Source: Halocafeteria seosinensis
Taxonomy: Eukaryota
NCBI GenBank assembly: GCA_001687465.1
Contig: LVLI01000095.1
Location: forward strand, 1-64,000
Length of the DNA: 64,000 bases
Direction: 5' to 3'
Shown here: positions 1 through 13,191 of the stretch, piece after piece
Position numbering within the stretch: the first letter of the stretch is position 1
Layout: each line of letters begins with the position of its first letter
Notes under the pieces: model-generated
Seen by the model: only the letters and a program-made list of their open reading frames with translations
Databases searched by the model: none
Told to the model about the DNA's origin: nothing
Translations under genes and position numbers: made by a program

Positions 1-1138
1 TTCCTGATGCAACTTTGATACAAGGACGCATAAGTTTTTCTTACTCATTCCCAAAGCTAACAGTAAAGCAGGACGCGGCAGAATTGCGTTGCGTAGCTTC
101 GGACGCCAACGAAGGCCAAAGTGTTTGGCAAGAATGAGGAAGTCAAGACGTCTCCCAAGCCAAAACAATACACCACACAGTAGTTCGGCTGTTGATCGCG
201 CCAGTATCTTAGAACAGTTGTCGGCCAAAGGTGTAACCGGAGGTTTCCCTCGTACACCAACGTAGTTGGCGGCTAGTGCCCTGGTATATGTCTGGACCGA
301 TTTTCCGCAGGTTTTCGCGCCAATTTTCTCAAAGATTTTAGCGTATCTTCACAAAAGCATCATCATCTGGAGGGCCGTATCTTTGACATGCGTACCGTAT
401 TTTTTGCACTAAAAACAGCGCCAGAATCAGCGTTTTCGGGCGATTCCAGTGGCGAGGTCTGCTTCCCGCACAGTACAATCATTTCTGTGGGATAGCCACC
501 GAAGATTCAAATCTCAAGTTGCACGTCGTCTGCCAAGGTCCACGAACTTCGGTAGTGGAGGAATTTTGATTGAGTCGGATTTTTTCGAAAACAAATGTAC
601 CAATTTGTTCTTCATTGAAAAAATCAACTTTTCATATAACCGAATTTTCTAATGATGAGTAAAAGGCTTCATAATACCAGTGAACGTGTCGAGAGTTCCC
701 GAAGTGGGCAGCTGGCCAAACTTCAAGCGATCCAGGCCATAGAGAATATCTCTTCAGCAACGGCGACGATAACCCCAGCCCAAGAGCTCGCTCGTAGTGG
801 AAACTTGATAGAATATCGTGAATCGCGAAAAACTGATATTTCGCCTTCCAACAGCACCAGAATGAGCTCGTTTGAGAAGACGTTGGGATGTTGTGAAGCA
901 GCCGCACGCGAGATGGCGACAGTGATCGTGCTTTACGAGAGCTGCGTAAGATACAGGTACCCCTTGACCACAATGAAGTGGTATTTCATAATGTCTTTGC
1001 ACATGCCATAGTTCTATATGCTATTTGCAGCACTTGCATCAACGAAATAGACGGTGACTCCAGCAGAAGCAGTGAGGTCTCAACTTCACAAGAGTCTACT
1101 ACGGGTTAGACATTGGCTCGTAGCTAACAATTTGGACA

Positions 1139-1700
1139 ATGAGTGTCGCAAAGCTAATGCCTACATGGAAAAAGCAATTAATTGAGTTGGTGGTTGCATT
1201 TAATGGAGTGTCTCACAGCAGTGTAAGCCGGATTCTGCATGAATATTTCGCCAAAGCAGAAGTTCGTCGAGGCCCCCGCACTGGACGACCACCGAAAGAG
1301 CTTCGCCTTTGCCAAGAGCTCGTGGCTCAATATGTAAAGCAACAGAACACTTCTAAAGCTCAAGTAACTATAATTGAAATACAGAACCACATGAAGGCTG
1401 AGTATGGATACTTCATCACGGGATATGAAATCGAGAGCGACAGACATTTGAATTGTGAGTGCAAGCGGAACTTCCACGGAAACTACGAGGAAAGTGTTAT
1501 ATCTTACACCTTATGGGGAAATTTCATGACTCTCCAACGAATAGCCGTATTAGATCTTCTGTCAACAAGGCTAAAGTATGGTCCAATGAACTCAAGAAAC
1601 CATACGTTTGCGCAATGGTCCCAGGCAGCTTAGTCAACTTCCTGAAAGAATATAACCGGCAGCTGAGGGACAGTGGCCAGTAGCATGAGCCATGCGACTG
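1139..1700 (+). mobile_element. Degenerate Tc1/mariner/IS630-like transposase relic (N-terminal HTH region)
   Basis: ORF 1139-1633 contains GVSHSSVSRILHEY...RRGPRTGRPPK, the HTH plus GRP motif typical of Tc1/IS630 transposases. The reading frame breaks up afterwards; no DDE motif or TIRs were resolved. Confidence 0.55.
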
Positions 1701-3293
1701 ACTTGTTGTCTCCTGTTAACCACCTTAAAGCGCTGTTTGCAATGCGAGAAAGCTTTTCTGGTGCTACGTGAAACAATTTGCGGCGTCACTCTTCCTGATA
1801 GGAGAGTCAGCAAGCGGCGTGTTCCAGCGGTTGAAAGGAGGTTATTACGGAGGCAAATGGGGGCATCCCAAGATCGAAAAAGAATATTTAGTCCGTGAAC
1901 AAATTGAAAATGGCAGCAGGACTTCCTAAACGAGCTGTATGCCGCAATAATTGACCGGACGATAGTAAACGAGGCAGGAATCAGTCGTACTAGTTCCGGA
2001 AACATCAGAGTGAAAAGCAATTGCCTGTCACAATATAAACCATACCCATATTATTTGAAAAACGATGATTTTCATAATTATTGGCATTTACAGGTGAAAT
2101 TATAACTCTAAATCCTCGATTGGGTGTACTAAAGTTGCCGTCTTTTTCTGAAGACCAAGTTGAAGTTGAAAAACACGTAGGCTCTCGTGTTTAAGCCGGC
2201 ATAGCATAATATTTAAGCTGTATTTTGAGAATCTAAACGCGTCAAAACAATCGCCATTGCTTTATCTATACGATTACATGGACTAAATTTATTAAAAGAG
2301 TCTTATACAGTATATGTTGGGGATTGAAGTTGAAAAACACCGGATCGGTTCAGACATATTCCGGAGCACTTGTACAACTTGCACTGGTAGGGTGGCCGCA
2401 GTCTGGCCCCTTCGCTCCAATCGTGACACGTGGAGAGTCTGGCAGGTCGATCGACTCTGTGGTTGCAGAAACGAAGTCAGTGAAGTTGTACAAGAATGAA
2501 TCCACAAGGACGTATGGGGATAGCAGAGCGTTTATTCGTCCTGGGAGCGGCTACGTAGCCTATAAATGCTCGTATGTACAGCTGTCTCAACGCTTCACAG
2601 GCACGAAACCAAGTCACGGATCAGATACAGTATTGAGAAACGAATTTTATGGTGCAGACGGTAACAATTTCATTGAACCTGCCTCGATGGTTCCGCCATA
2701 TTGCGCAACTGTCAAGCAAGACTTTGGGAACAGGAACGAACGCTGCGTCTCCAGCGACGCGGTATGTCCAAATTTGCGATCCTTCACCGTGGGTACGTTC
2801 GGCTCCACTAGCTTAGGTTAAGATATTCCTATTGGAATGCGAGGTCCACGAAAATATTAGTCATGACGTCAGGACGCGCTCTGTCCGGTATCCAGGCGCT
2901 TGCCATATGTATGTAGCCACTCAAGGAATGCAGGAGGCGCGACGTCGTAGGCAACGTTACGCACTAAACTCAGGTTTTGAGCATTTCAGAAACTCAAGTA
3001 CATCGGCCTCTATCCCGGCTAGCAGGAACCAAGTGGGGGTTCGTGACGATCTCTGAAGAGCACCCTACAATTGGCAAAGAGGTCGGACTTTGTCAGGATC
3101 CCATCCCGGTTCCCAAGGAAGATACCAACAGTTTCTCTGAAAAATACTTGAAAAATTTCGTCACTGATATCCTCTATTTTCTTGTAGGCTACAAAGCAAA
3201 AAATTCAATTGTACACTTCCTACCTACCAGACTGTGACAGTGTAGGCGGCCAACCCCCAAGGTGCGACATGTTGTGAAGCATTGATGACGTGG

Positions 3294-3309
3294 ACGTGAG
3301 TCACGTGAC
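3294..3309. promoter_or_regulatory. Composite TGAGTCA/E-box palindrome (GTCACGTGAC) about 85 bp upstream of the acid phosphatase ATG
   Basis: The sequence acgtgagtcacgtgac is seen directly, and ACGTGAGTCAC recurs at 9763-9773 in the next divergent promoter. Function is inferred. Confidence 0.35.
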
Positions 3310-3392
3310 GCCACCGCAAACACTAAACACTATACTAGGATAGTATTATTGGTTGTAGTTCCCCCAGCTGTGGAGCAAACCGATAGGCAACT

Positions 3393-5241
3393 ATGTTGAC
3401 GACTAGATCAAGACATGCGCTCCTCCGTGGCGCATTATTCTCTCGCCAATTCACGCATCCCGGATTCGGCTTGGCCCAGTACACGTACGATTCCCAATAT
3501 GGACCATTGGCGGCGGCTGCGGCCGCCGCATTCGTGGGATTTGCCGGGTATGAAATGGTCTCAGCTGAACCTGGTAAAGAGGAGGACTTTGTCATAACGC
3601 AACGACCCGGATTCAGCAATGCGCTCTCGTTCCCGTACTCTCCCGTGTATAAGGATCCGGAAGGACGTCCTTTGAAATTAGTGCATGTGATAGCCATTAC
3701 ACGTCATGGGGATCGAACGCCCATTGGCTCCACTATGGGAAACTATGGCCGTGACTTGGAAACCATTGACCAGGAATGGAACAAGAGACTGACGAAAAAG
3801 GCCACGGAACGTAGATTGCAACAATGGTGCCCAAGAGCAGGAGCGCAACAAGTTTGCTCCATGGACCACCCGGAAAGTTGTCGTGGGAAATTGACGGAGG
3901 TAGGTATTGCTCAATTGGAACAGGTGGGAAAACACTTGAGGGAAGTGTACGCTACGGACAAGTACTACTCACAGCCCTTGCTTCCGCATCACTGCGATCC
4001 ATCGAAGATAGAAGCTAGGAGTACAAATTTTAAGAGATGTATTGAGTCCATGCAATCATTACTCCTCGGTTTGTATCCTCCAAGCACACGAGGCGCGGAT
4101 TATGATTCTGAATCTGCGTTTGAAGACGAAGAATCGATACCAGGCATCTCAGAAAGGAGCAGTCTTCACAAGAGTCCAAGGGAAGTAGCACTGACACCAG
4201 TCCATATTCGTGCCGGCGGTATCAATGCAGAGGGGAACGAAAATAGCTCGGACGTGGAGACTCTGTTCCCTCATTCTGCAGGGCCATGTCCTCGGCTTGA
4301 CAAATCTTTCTCAAAAAGCCGGCAACTGTTAAAGGAGGAGGTACACAGAATTCTGCAGGAGTTCCGGTCTGGCGACCATGAGATCCCACATCGCCTTGGC
4401 AAGAGAAGTACAAACTTGGGGTTGGGACAGGAAGAATTGCAGAGGTGTCTCCGATGTCGTCAAAGCGCCAAGTATGTTTGGAAGGCGTTTGGCCTGGAAA
4501 CATCTACTGAGGCCAGCCATACACCGGTCAATAACAAAGGGGAGGAGGAGATGATACCTTGGATCCGCGTCAGAGATATTTTGCTCGCGCATTTCACACA
4601 TGGAATTAACATGGGTCTGGTAAGCGGTCGTTACGAAATCTACTGGGACTGATTGTTGTAAATTTTTTGGATTATTTTCCTCTACTCAGCCGGGTGTTGG
4701 ATTCGAAATGTTTCCCGTCGCATCAAACTGTGCTGAGACAGAAATGGCTGTATTGTTCAGGGTTCCATGCGATCCCTCTGCTAAGCCTCAGAGAGGCAAG
4801 TATGTAGCAGAATTTGGTCCCATGCGCAACTCGAGACAGTTTGAAGCTGTACGTTACGGCATTGGAATGTTCATAAACGAATTACAACAGGTACTCCGAA
4901 CAGCATCCGAAGGTAACTTGAAACCGTCATTCAAAGTCTACCTAGGACACGACGCCACGATGCTCCCCATGCTATATATGCTGGGCTCGACGACCAGTCA
5001 GTGGCCTCCATACGCAGCTACGATGAGAATTGAAGTGTTCCAAGTTAATGGCTCGGAATCTTCTATCCATTACTTTGCCAGGGTGCTCTACAATGGGTTG
5101 CCTCTTCCTTTAGCAAAGCACACGCATTCTGATGGCACGTCCTATCAAACCAGCGTCGTTCCTCTACAATTGCTTCGAGACATGATGGAGCCTTTCGCGG
5201 TCAAATCTACCCAGGCGTTTTGCAAAGAATGCAATGCATAG
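3393..5241 (+). CDS. Histidine acid phosphatase (branch 2, ACP6-like), 2 exons
   Basis: RHGDRTP catalytic motif, GKLTEVG, RST...RC.ES and a C-terminal GHD. The GT-AG intron 4620-4689 joins ORFs 3393 and 4708 in frame. The N-terminus is Arg-rich and followed by a hydrophobic stretch. Confidence 0.9.
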
Positions 5242-5261
5242 CGGGATTGTTTCTGTACACT

Positions 5262-8200
5262 TCACACTTGTTTGTGCGTGTTCTTGACGGGTGAGAGCGA
5301 TTGCAGTTTATACTTGATCGATGTATAAGATGCTAGCGAGTCACTATCTGATTTTATTTCCCCAGGATTGACAGATATTGTAGAAGCTGCAGGATTGCTC
5401 CAAGACTCAGGTAGAGGAATGTTCTCGTCTTGCATAGCTTCGTCCAGGTAGGGGTCAGAACTCCCAATCTCATCGATCCCGGCGCTGAAAATCCTGAGTT
5501 GTATCTGTCTGGCTTTCTCCGGAGAAAACACGTCATCATAGAAATTTCGCAGACCGTCCAGGTCAATACTGCGTAGTGCATAGCTTAAATTCTCCTTGGC
5601 TTCGAAATCGAATCTACATTCTGATATCTCAAACCAGTTTCTTTCAAAATTTTCCAGCATATTGTTCTCTGGCTGCAGATTCATATCGATCAGGCTGTTC
5701 AACTGTTTCTGGAATAGAAGAACATCTGGTTTCGAGAGTACTTTTCTGAAGTAAGAGAGAAAATCACGGATTCGTTCTGACAGATACCGTGGGCCCCATT
5801 TTGAGCTCTGGACGGTAATCGTGTATCCAAGCATCCCATAGGTGCTTCGGAGGGAGCAACCAACGTGGTATCCGAGCTGCTGCTTTGTTCGAAGAACGTC
5901 AAATAAATTTTCAGACATTATGTGTTCCACCATTTCCGCCATTGCTCGATTCTCGTTTGCTGGAAGATAGAGTGTTTACTTAATTTGAGTTGTATCAAAG
6001 GAGTGGAGTCAAAATAGTTCACTTACTCTCTGGACCAATTTGAAAATAATGCTCTGCACATGTTGCTTTGAAGTCTTGCTCGGCTTCGATCAAGTACAAG
6101 GTCTTGGGCGGCAGCACTCTAACAGGCATTGCTTGAATGTTAAATGCGGTGGCGCTATCGTTAATACTTCTCAAATTGCTCTCGGCTATATCAAAGCTTG
6201 AGGAGTCCTTGCAGCAGTATCTGTAAGAGAGAGGTGCAGGTACTGCTGTCTCTGTGATTTCGGTTTCCAGCGGCGCTTTACTACAGTTACATGGGAGACG
6301 ACATAGGAACGCATCTACGGTTTGGGCGAGCTGCGTGCAGCTTTGAGAAGTCTCGTTACCGTATACTAGCATTTGCGCGAAGCATCCACTCCACAGATAC
6401 TCTTCACTGTCCTGGTTGCAGATGGCGCGGGACATATCTTCTTCCGATATGTTACCAAGGGTATCTAACAACACATCATGAGGGACGCATTGCCGACACA
6501 GCATAAGCAATCTGAGATACTCAGCATAGGAAGACGGCCGTATATACCGATTCTTCCATCGACGCAAGAGCATCTCCTTGACGGCCTCAAACCTGTCGCT
6601 GTCAGGTTTTGTCTGAAATAAGGCCGAAAGTGCCTGCAAGCATAAAATCCGAGATTAGACAAATTAGGAGACAGGATAAAATATTGGAGAGCTACTGACC
6701 TCTTCCAAGAGAACGGGTAATTTGTCGTGAAATCCAAATACAGTGACGCATATACTGATGTGGTCACATCGAATGGCCAGCTCCAGATCCGCCAGATGAG
6801 ACATATACGCCGTTTCAGTAAGTGCTGCATAGAAGTAAACACAACGTAACATAAAGAACCACAAGATTAGACGTTGGCGCTGAACACACTACCATACCAT
6901 CGAGAACCAGCTCGGTCCACAGCGAGGAAAAGGCAGTGTACTTAGGATCGCGCATCAAAATGGGACAAACGAGGCGCACGGTTACGAAACTCTTTGGTAA
7001 CAAGAATGCCGTATCCCTGTGGTACCATAGCTGCAGTCGTTTCGTGTTCAAAGTTTCACTGTTAGAACGTAAAATGGGGTGTATGATACTACTGGAAACA
7101 AGTTCAGGGCTGAGGGCTGCAGGAGTCTCGCTAATATCCGCCCCCTCCTTGCAGAGCTGTAGCAAATGTGTTCTAACTTCTTTGTGGAGACTTGCAGTGG
7201 AGAGAGCCACGTCCTGAAAGTTTCGAACCTCAAGGTCATCGGGAATAAACGGATTAAGATTAGGAATGTAAATCTTTTGATATTTCCTTGATACCCAATT
7301 GGAGACTTGCCTTGAAGAGCGGTTCGGACTCTCGTGAGCGTCTTCGAACATTGTTTTCCTCCATTGCTGTATCAGACTTTCGGGCAGCGGTTCAACACTG
7401 TAAGGGCAGCCAAAATAAGGTTCTATAGCAACGTGGGGAGAGACTTCCAGGAACGGCAGATCAACCTTCGTAAATGTGAAAGTAGCTTCCACTTTGGTTA
7501 CACCGTCGTCCGAGGGTATACTAGCGGCGTCCTCGTCAGTATTTTCTGCTTCCTTTGTCTCCACACCAGTGTGAAACGAAGGGTGCATAAGATCAACACG
7601 TAGTGTCTCTGGTATTAGCAGGTCTACTAAGCTACTTATTGTTGCGGCATCAAATTCCTGTAAAACAACCGTACCCGGCAAGATATCGTCGTCTTTGTAA
7701 TCTTGGACCATCACGGAAGCTAAGCGCTCTACATTCTCACGGGGATCTTCATCTTCTTGAAAACGGTAACTGAGCGTTGCAGTCTTCTTAAGTTCGTCAA
7801 AAACCGCAAACGCTGGACCGGTACATCTAATAACACCAATATACGCGAACATAAGATCGATGACGGTGTACCAATTTTCCAACCCTGCGTTGGTAACTGT
7901 AATATCGACGCCAAACAAAGAGCAGCAATTGTTCCTTTCAAAGCCTTCGTCCCCGATTCCAGCGCAGAGATCCGTTGCCCATCCTCTTTCTTTTAGTTCT
8001 GCCAGGAGGGAACCTTGTGCTTCGTGACCCAGCAAATGGGCTACGTATTCGTCTGGTTTTTTTCTTGCACACCTTGCCGACTGTAGAGGCACAAGCGAGG
8101 TTGGTATGGCCCATGATACATGTAGGATAGATCTCGTTCGCACTGGTTTTAAGCGATGAAGACACGGAACAGAGCGGCGAACATTCTCTTGCTGGTAAGC

Positions 8201-9489
8201 ATCCGAAATTAGAAAAGGCGACGCCAACTTAGAGTGTTCGATAGCATTAACGACTTGCTGTGGTGTGTACTCAGCCAACCCCCCTCTTCTTGGAACCTTT
8301 TGGAATATCGGTGCTATCAGCTCTTCCAAAGCATCCAGGGTGTAAGGTGCACGGGCAACAACATGCATTCGGTCAGCCGAGTACATAGAATTAAACAGGG
8401 TGAATAGTGCAGCATGTGGATCTCTTCCATATTTTGCAGGTGTATCCCTTAACGACTGAATATTTCCCCATGAAAACTTATGCATTACATGGTCACAATC
8501 AGAAGTGTGCGCCATTACAGCTTCCAAGCGGGTGTAGTCATCCTGTGTGGCTGCAGCAAATTCATCTTCGATGGCCTGCAACTCGCGATCAGTGGCTTCC
8601 TTCTTACACAAGGGACTAATGAAAAACTGTGAAAATCTGCGAGATTCACAAGCTCTTCATCAGTACTGAATGATTTGAAACTAATCTCAGACCGAGTAGC
8701 TTACCTCTCTGTTGCTTCTTGAAAATATTTGCCAAGAACTTCAAAATAGAATACAGTGTGTTCCAATTCCGTGTATGCATTGGAGAACCCTCCTCTATCG
8801 GACAAGAATTGTTCGAATTCGTTTTCGTTAGGGTATTTTTTCGATCCCATGAAGATCATATGCTCCAGAAAATGGGCGAGCCCTTCTACCTCGTCGGGAT
8901 CATGGAAGGAACCTGCTTGTACACCGATACCCAGAGCTGCCCGTCGGTACTCTTGACTAGGCTGATCTGGTTCCCCCTGTTCAGCATTCTTCCTTTCTTC
9001 CTTGTGTCGTCGGTCCTCTACCGTGGGATTTTGCTTAAGTTTTTTGCTGCTCCTACGATAGCGCGCTGAGCCACGAACTTCATTCCCCGGGTCCGAATCA
9101 GAGTCACTGCCATCCGATGACGACGAACCATCCGACTCTTCCCTTTCATGCTCATGCTGTACTCGTTGGCGCTTTCGATGCGACGCCTCTCCTGCCCCAT
9201 CGCTGTCTTCATTCGATTTAACCCGGGTATGGGGTGTCCTGTAGACCTCCATTTTCGTGGAATCGCTGGTGATGGAGGCCATATCGCTGATGAGCAGCAA
9301 CCGGAGGCCATTTTCCAGGTGCAGTAGCCTGTACTCATTCTTATCATTGGCACTCTTTGTTTCATCCACCACATCCCTGGTCGTCCTGGATCCTCCTCCT
9401 CCTCCATGCATGGAGGAAGAGGGGGAATTCAGCCCGAAAGCCCTCTTGGAAGCATTCTCCGTCTGGCTTCGATGCTCCATTTCCTCCAA
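5262..9489 (-). CDS. Insulinase family M16A metalloprotease, nardilysin-like, multi-exon
   Basis: GLAHFLEHMIFMGSKKYP (HXXEH), NAYT, HLLGHE and FDVLRTKQQLGY motifs across ORFs 8701-9489, 6815-8611, 6664-6864, 6019-6639 and 5262-5942. An acidic/charged insertion precedes the active site, as in nardilysin. Confidence 0.9.
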
Positions 9490-9830
9490 TACAATGATAT
9501 CTACAGCGAGAGAGAGAGAGAAGAGGTAAAATAATAAGTAGTTGACTAACTAGCTTAAATGTCTTCGGCAACAAACAAACCTCCTCGAACAGTGTATACT
9601 ATCACATGATGCTGTGAAGGACTTGGGACCTCGACTGGCATGCGTTTCAAACTTTCAAGCTGCCATTACGCCGGGGATGAATGAAGTCGATAGTTGGTAG
9701 GCATGGGCACAGAAGATGAATGGATTTTAGTAGTAAATGCTACACGCCTATATCGTTACATTACGTGAGTCACAACGCATTGTGGCCATGTTCATGGTGG
9801 CCAGACACTAAAAAGTGAGCTGAAGACGCT

Positions 9831-10946
9831 ATGATTACCAACAGGAATGTTCTAATTACTGGGGTGGTGTTGGTGGTGACTGTGCTTTACCTCCTAGACA
9901 TCGTTGCTCTGAGGGGATTCGACGGTTTTATCCAGGGCCAACGGAGAGCAGGCTGGTCTTTTTCCCGTTTGCATAACGCCTCCGTTGCCCAGGATATGCA
10001 CCCAAGAAAACCTAACCAGGATCTGAGGAAGGACGGTTCGTCTTCATCCGAAGTCTCTACTTCCAAGGACAGTAGGCCTGTATTCCTTTCTTACGGGGAA
10101 GCAGGTTTTAGAGGGCCAAAAGCGAAGGAACCTGCCGTGATTCCCAGCAGTTCGGCAATGAATATTTCGGAGGTGACCATAGAGGAAGCGATTCGACAGA
10201 ATTTACTCACAGTCGTCACCGGCTATTTCGAGATGCCAGGAATGCCTCATCATCCCGCTAGTTACTTTCACAAAAGTATTCCGGGCACTTTAAAATTCTT
10301 AAAACGCCTCAAGGCGAATATTGTGTACTATCACAATCTAAACTTGAGTTCTCACCCTTTGGGACAACAGTTCCGCGATAGTGGTGCCATATTGCGTAAA
10401 GTCGAACTGGAAGACTTGCCTGGAGCAAGAGTTTCTCCGGACTTAAGGCAATTATGTGTGCGCGGCGAAACTATAGAGAAGACGTATCGAGGAAACAAGT
10501 GCTATTATCTCCAAAAGAGATTAAGGGAATTTGATTCGTATTATCATGTACTCAGCGTATGGTTCTCCAAGTTGCCGTTCGTGAACGAGGTAGTGCATGA
10601 GAACCCCTTCGGATCGGTCTACTTTGCATGGTTTGATTGTGGGATCTTGAGCCGCTTAGGATACCAAATGGCACGGTACCCTCTGACGCCCACGAAGATC
10701 CGTACACCACGCAGCAGCCGACTGTATGGCCCAAATAAACTGCAAGTCCGGCACAGGATGGGGTTGATGGTCGGTCCTGGCGACAAACTTGCCACTCTAC
10801 ATCGGCTACACACCGAGAAGGTGAAGCAAGTGATCTCGAAGAACGGGACTATGTGCTATGACGAAGAAATAATCCTCGCAGAAGTACTTCGCAGTAGTCA
10901 GACCAGAGAGGAAGCGAAAGGTCTTCTTGGTCTTTTTGGAAGGTGA
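9831..10946 (+). CDS. Type II membrane protein, HtrL/YibB-like putative glycosyltransferase, intronless
   Basis: N-terminal TM anchor; motifs TVVTGYF, W.SK..F....V..NPF.S.YFAWFDCG and YDEE resemble the HtrL family. Confidence 0.65.
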   Translation: MITNRNVLITGVVLVVTVLYLLDIVALRGFDGFIQGQRRAGWSFSRLHNASVAQDMHPRKPNQDLRKDGSSSSEVSTSKDSRPVFLSYGEAGFRGPKAKEPAVIPSSSAMNISEVTIEEAIRQNLLTVVTGYFEMPGMPHHPASYFHKSIPGTLKFLKRLKANIVYYHNLNLSSHPLGQQFRDSGAILRKVELEDLPGARVSPDLRQLCVRGETIEKTYRGNKCYYLQKRLREFDSYYHVLSVWFSKLPFVNEVVHENPFGSVYFAWFDCGILSRLGYQMARYPLTPTKIRTPRSSRLYGPNKLQVRHRMGLMVGPGDKLATLHRLHTEKVKQVISKNGTMCYDEEIILAEVLRSSQTREEAKGLLGLFGR

Positions 10947-11559
10947 ACATTGAACATATTGAGTATACTATTCTGTTTGTCGTGTGTGCCCCAGATGGGG
11001 GCCAGATGCTGTGAATATTGGCAAGGCCGCAACACAAATCATTTAATAACCATGGCATCGCTAGTGGCGAGCGACAACGAGGAGTCGCAAGAATGAAAAG
11101 ATTACGTGAGATTACTGTATTCATTATTATTATTCAACGCATTCGTTGGAATGATCCAGACTATACGAGAACACATGCGGGTGGCTTTGTAAGACGGAGA
11201 TCGGCAAGGCATTGCAGTTGCCTTACATGTGGTATCACTACGAATTGATGGATTATAGTGTATCAGAATCAAGTCGACTGTACAGCATAATACAGGTACT
11301 CGGCATTTGGGGAATACCTCGTGTGACGTCGAGTCGCGTGACATAACTCGCCAGGGCGTGACATTGCCTCATCCGAGACTGAAATCATTGATACAGGAGT
11401 TCGATCTTTAGTGGATGCCTAGCATGACAGAAATACGTATGCCGCCGGTGCAACGAATTGATTCCAGTCCGGGCTTTAAGGTGTTTTGACAACCGTCGTT
11501 CAAGGTGCGAGCATTCAACTCGGTGGCTTTGAGGGGGATAAGCTACAGTTGATTCGTGA

Positions 11560-12460
11560 TTGCCGCTGCCTAAACAGCTGAAAATCCGAACGATTCACTA
11601 ACAAGCAACTATAAGTAGCATAGCTGAGTGAAATAATCATGGTGAATGAGACATGTATGGCTGGCGGCTCCAAACCACTCTTGATGAATGGTATTCTGCT
11701 GTATAATTCCAACTCACTTTACACTGCACGGTTTCCTATACCTCGGTTTGCAGAATGTGACTGAGTCCGACTTGCTGATGGCGATGGACCTACGCGTGAG
11801 CATGAATGGGTGTCATTGGAGTTTGGTGATGGTGATGTCGACCAAGAAGGCGCGGGAGTTACGGGTGTGCTCGGAATTAAAATATAACAGACCACTTCTT
11901 GCTCAGCTAGGGCAACTAACGCATTTTTTCAGCCATTGTTGTACTTTCCGGATGGACAGTAACTGCCCACAGTGTTTGAGGTGCTCTTTCCTGCGGGGCA
12001 GTTCTTGTATTCTCCTTCGTGCTCATACGGTCCACAAGGACACTCAGTACAATTCTTTCATTGTCCCCCGAAGGGCACGAAACTTCATACCGGAAGTTAC
12101 AAATTCGCACGGAGAACGTATTCTTGAAAACCACTGACCAGTCACAGCTGTACTGGAATGGCCATCCGCATTTCTGAGTATCTGCTCCGGTTTGCGGCTT
12201 CGGTACAAAGCCCATTCTTATTGTTATTCTTGTAATGCGTCCAGGTAGCGTGGAATTCCTCACCGTGGGCCGTTTGATCCTGATGATAAGATATGGGCAT
12301 CATACACCAGAAACTGAGGATTATCGGTTGCGATCCTCATGTCTAACTCTCCATCTCTATGATATGCTCGTATTCCACCACTTTTATATGCAGTTGCCTC
12401 TAATTCGTGATACATGTAGTGGAAGCAGGAAACCGATTCTATGTGCATCCTTCTCCAAAG
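11560..12460 (-). pseudogene. Frameshifted paralog of the adjacent Cys-rich surface protein gene
   Basis: Fragments KSGGIRAYHRDGELDMRIATDNPQF...SSGSNGP (12260-12448) and FSVRICNFRYEVSCPSG align with KGGGIRLFNSYGGLEMGVATDNPQL...SSVGNGP and FYMRLCNFRYTVFCSAG of ORF 13192. An S/T/P stalk lies near 11760-11870. The pieces are split across frames. Confidence 0.75.
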
Positions 12461-13191
12461 GTATGCGTAGCGATGTCCAAATAGTCCCCAGCCTGCAGTA
12501 TCTTAAAATAATGCAGCACAATGCTAAGAACTAGAGGAACCTGATGCAATACTGTACTGCAACGCAATGCTGCGAACTTGCTACGCAGCTTCAGTTCTCA
12601 ATAACAGCACAGTCATTGAGCAGACAGCAGTGCCACAGCACGTCCAGAATCAGCAGATTGAGCAGGCATCGCTATCGACTTGAAGATACTGCCTATTTGG
12701 CATCCCCTATCGTCGCTTCCTTCAAACTACATGTGCCTATACACCCTTCCATTCACAAGAACCTCGTATCCCCTTTCCATGTCTTTCATATTACGTAAAT
12801 CTTGGAGAAGTAAGTCACAATGTGCTCTTTGGTAAGTTCCACTCCCCTCCTTTAAGGCTGATACGTGTGTGGGCTGATACTGTCATGCAGGTAGTCCAAG
12901 TGTTGAAACTGTACCGCAGTGACAAGTATGGGTGGCTCGCTGGGACGTCAAAATTCCAACAGCAAAGGAGCCGCTGGACACTGCTGCTACCAAAAGACCA
13001 ACAATTGTCTAGGCAGATTCTGTCGTACAAAGGTCACTTTGGCAAGTAGTTGCTTTACTCCTTGGGTATCCCAAAGCAATCGGCTATGCACCATGGAAGT
13101 ACTCCACTGTATTCTAGCCACAGCTTGGCACTGTGTTCTGCAGTACAGTACTGTACACAGTGTAGTGTTCGGGGCTACGTTTTGACAATGA

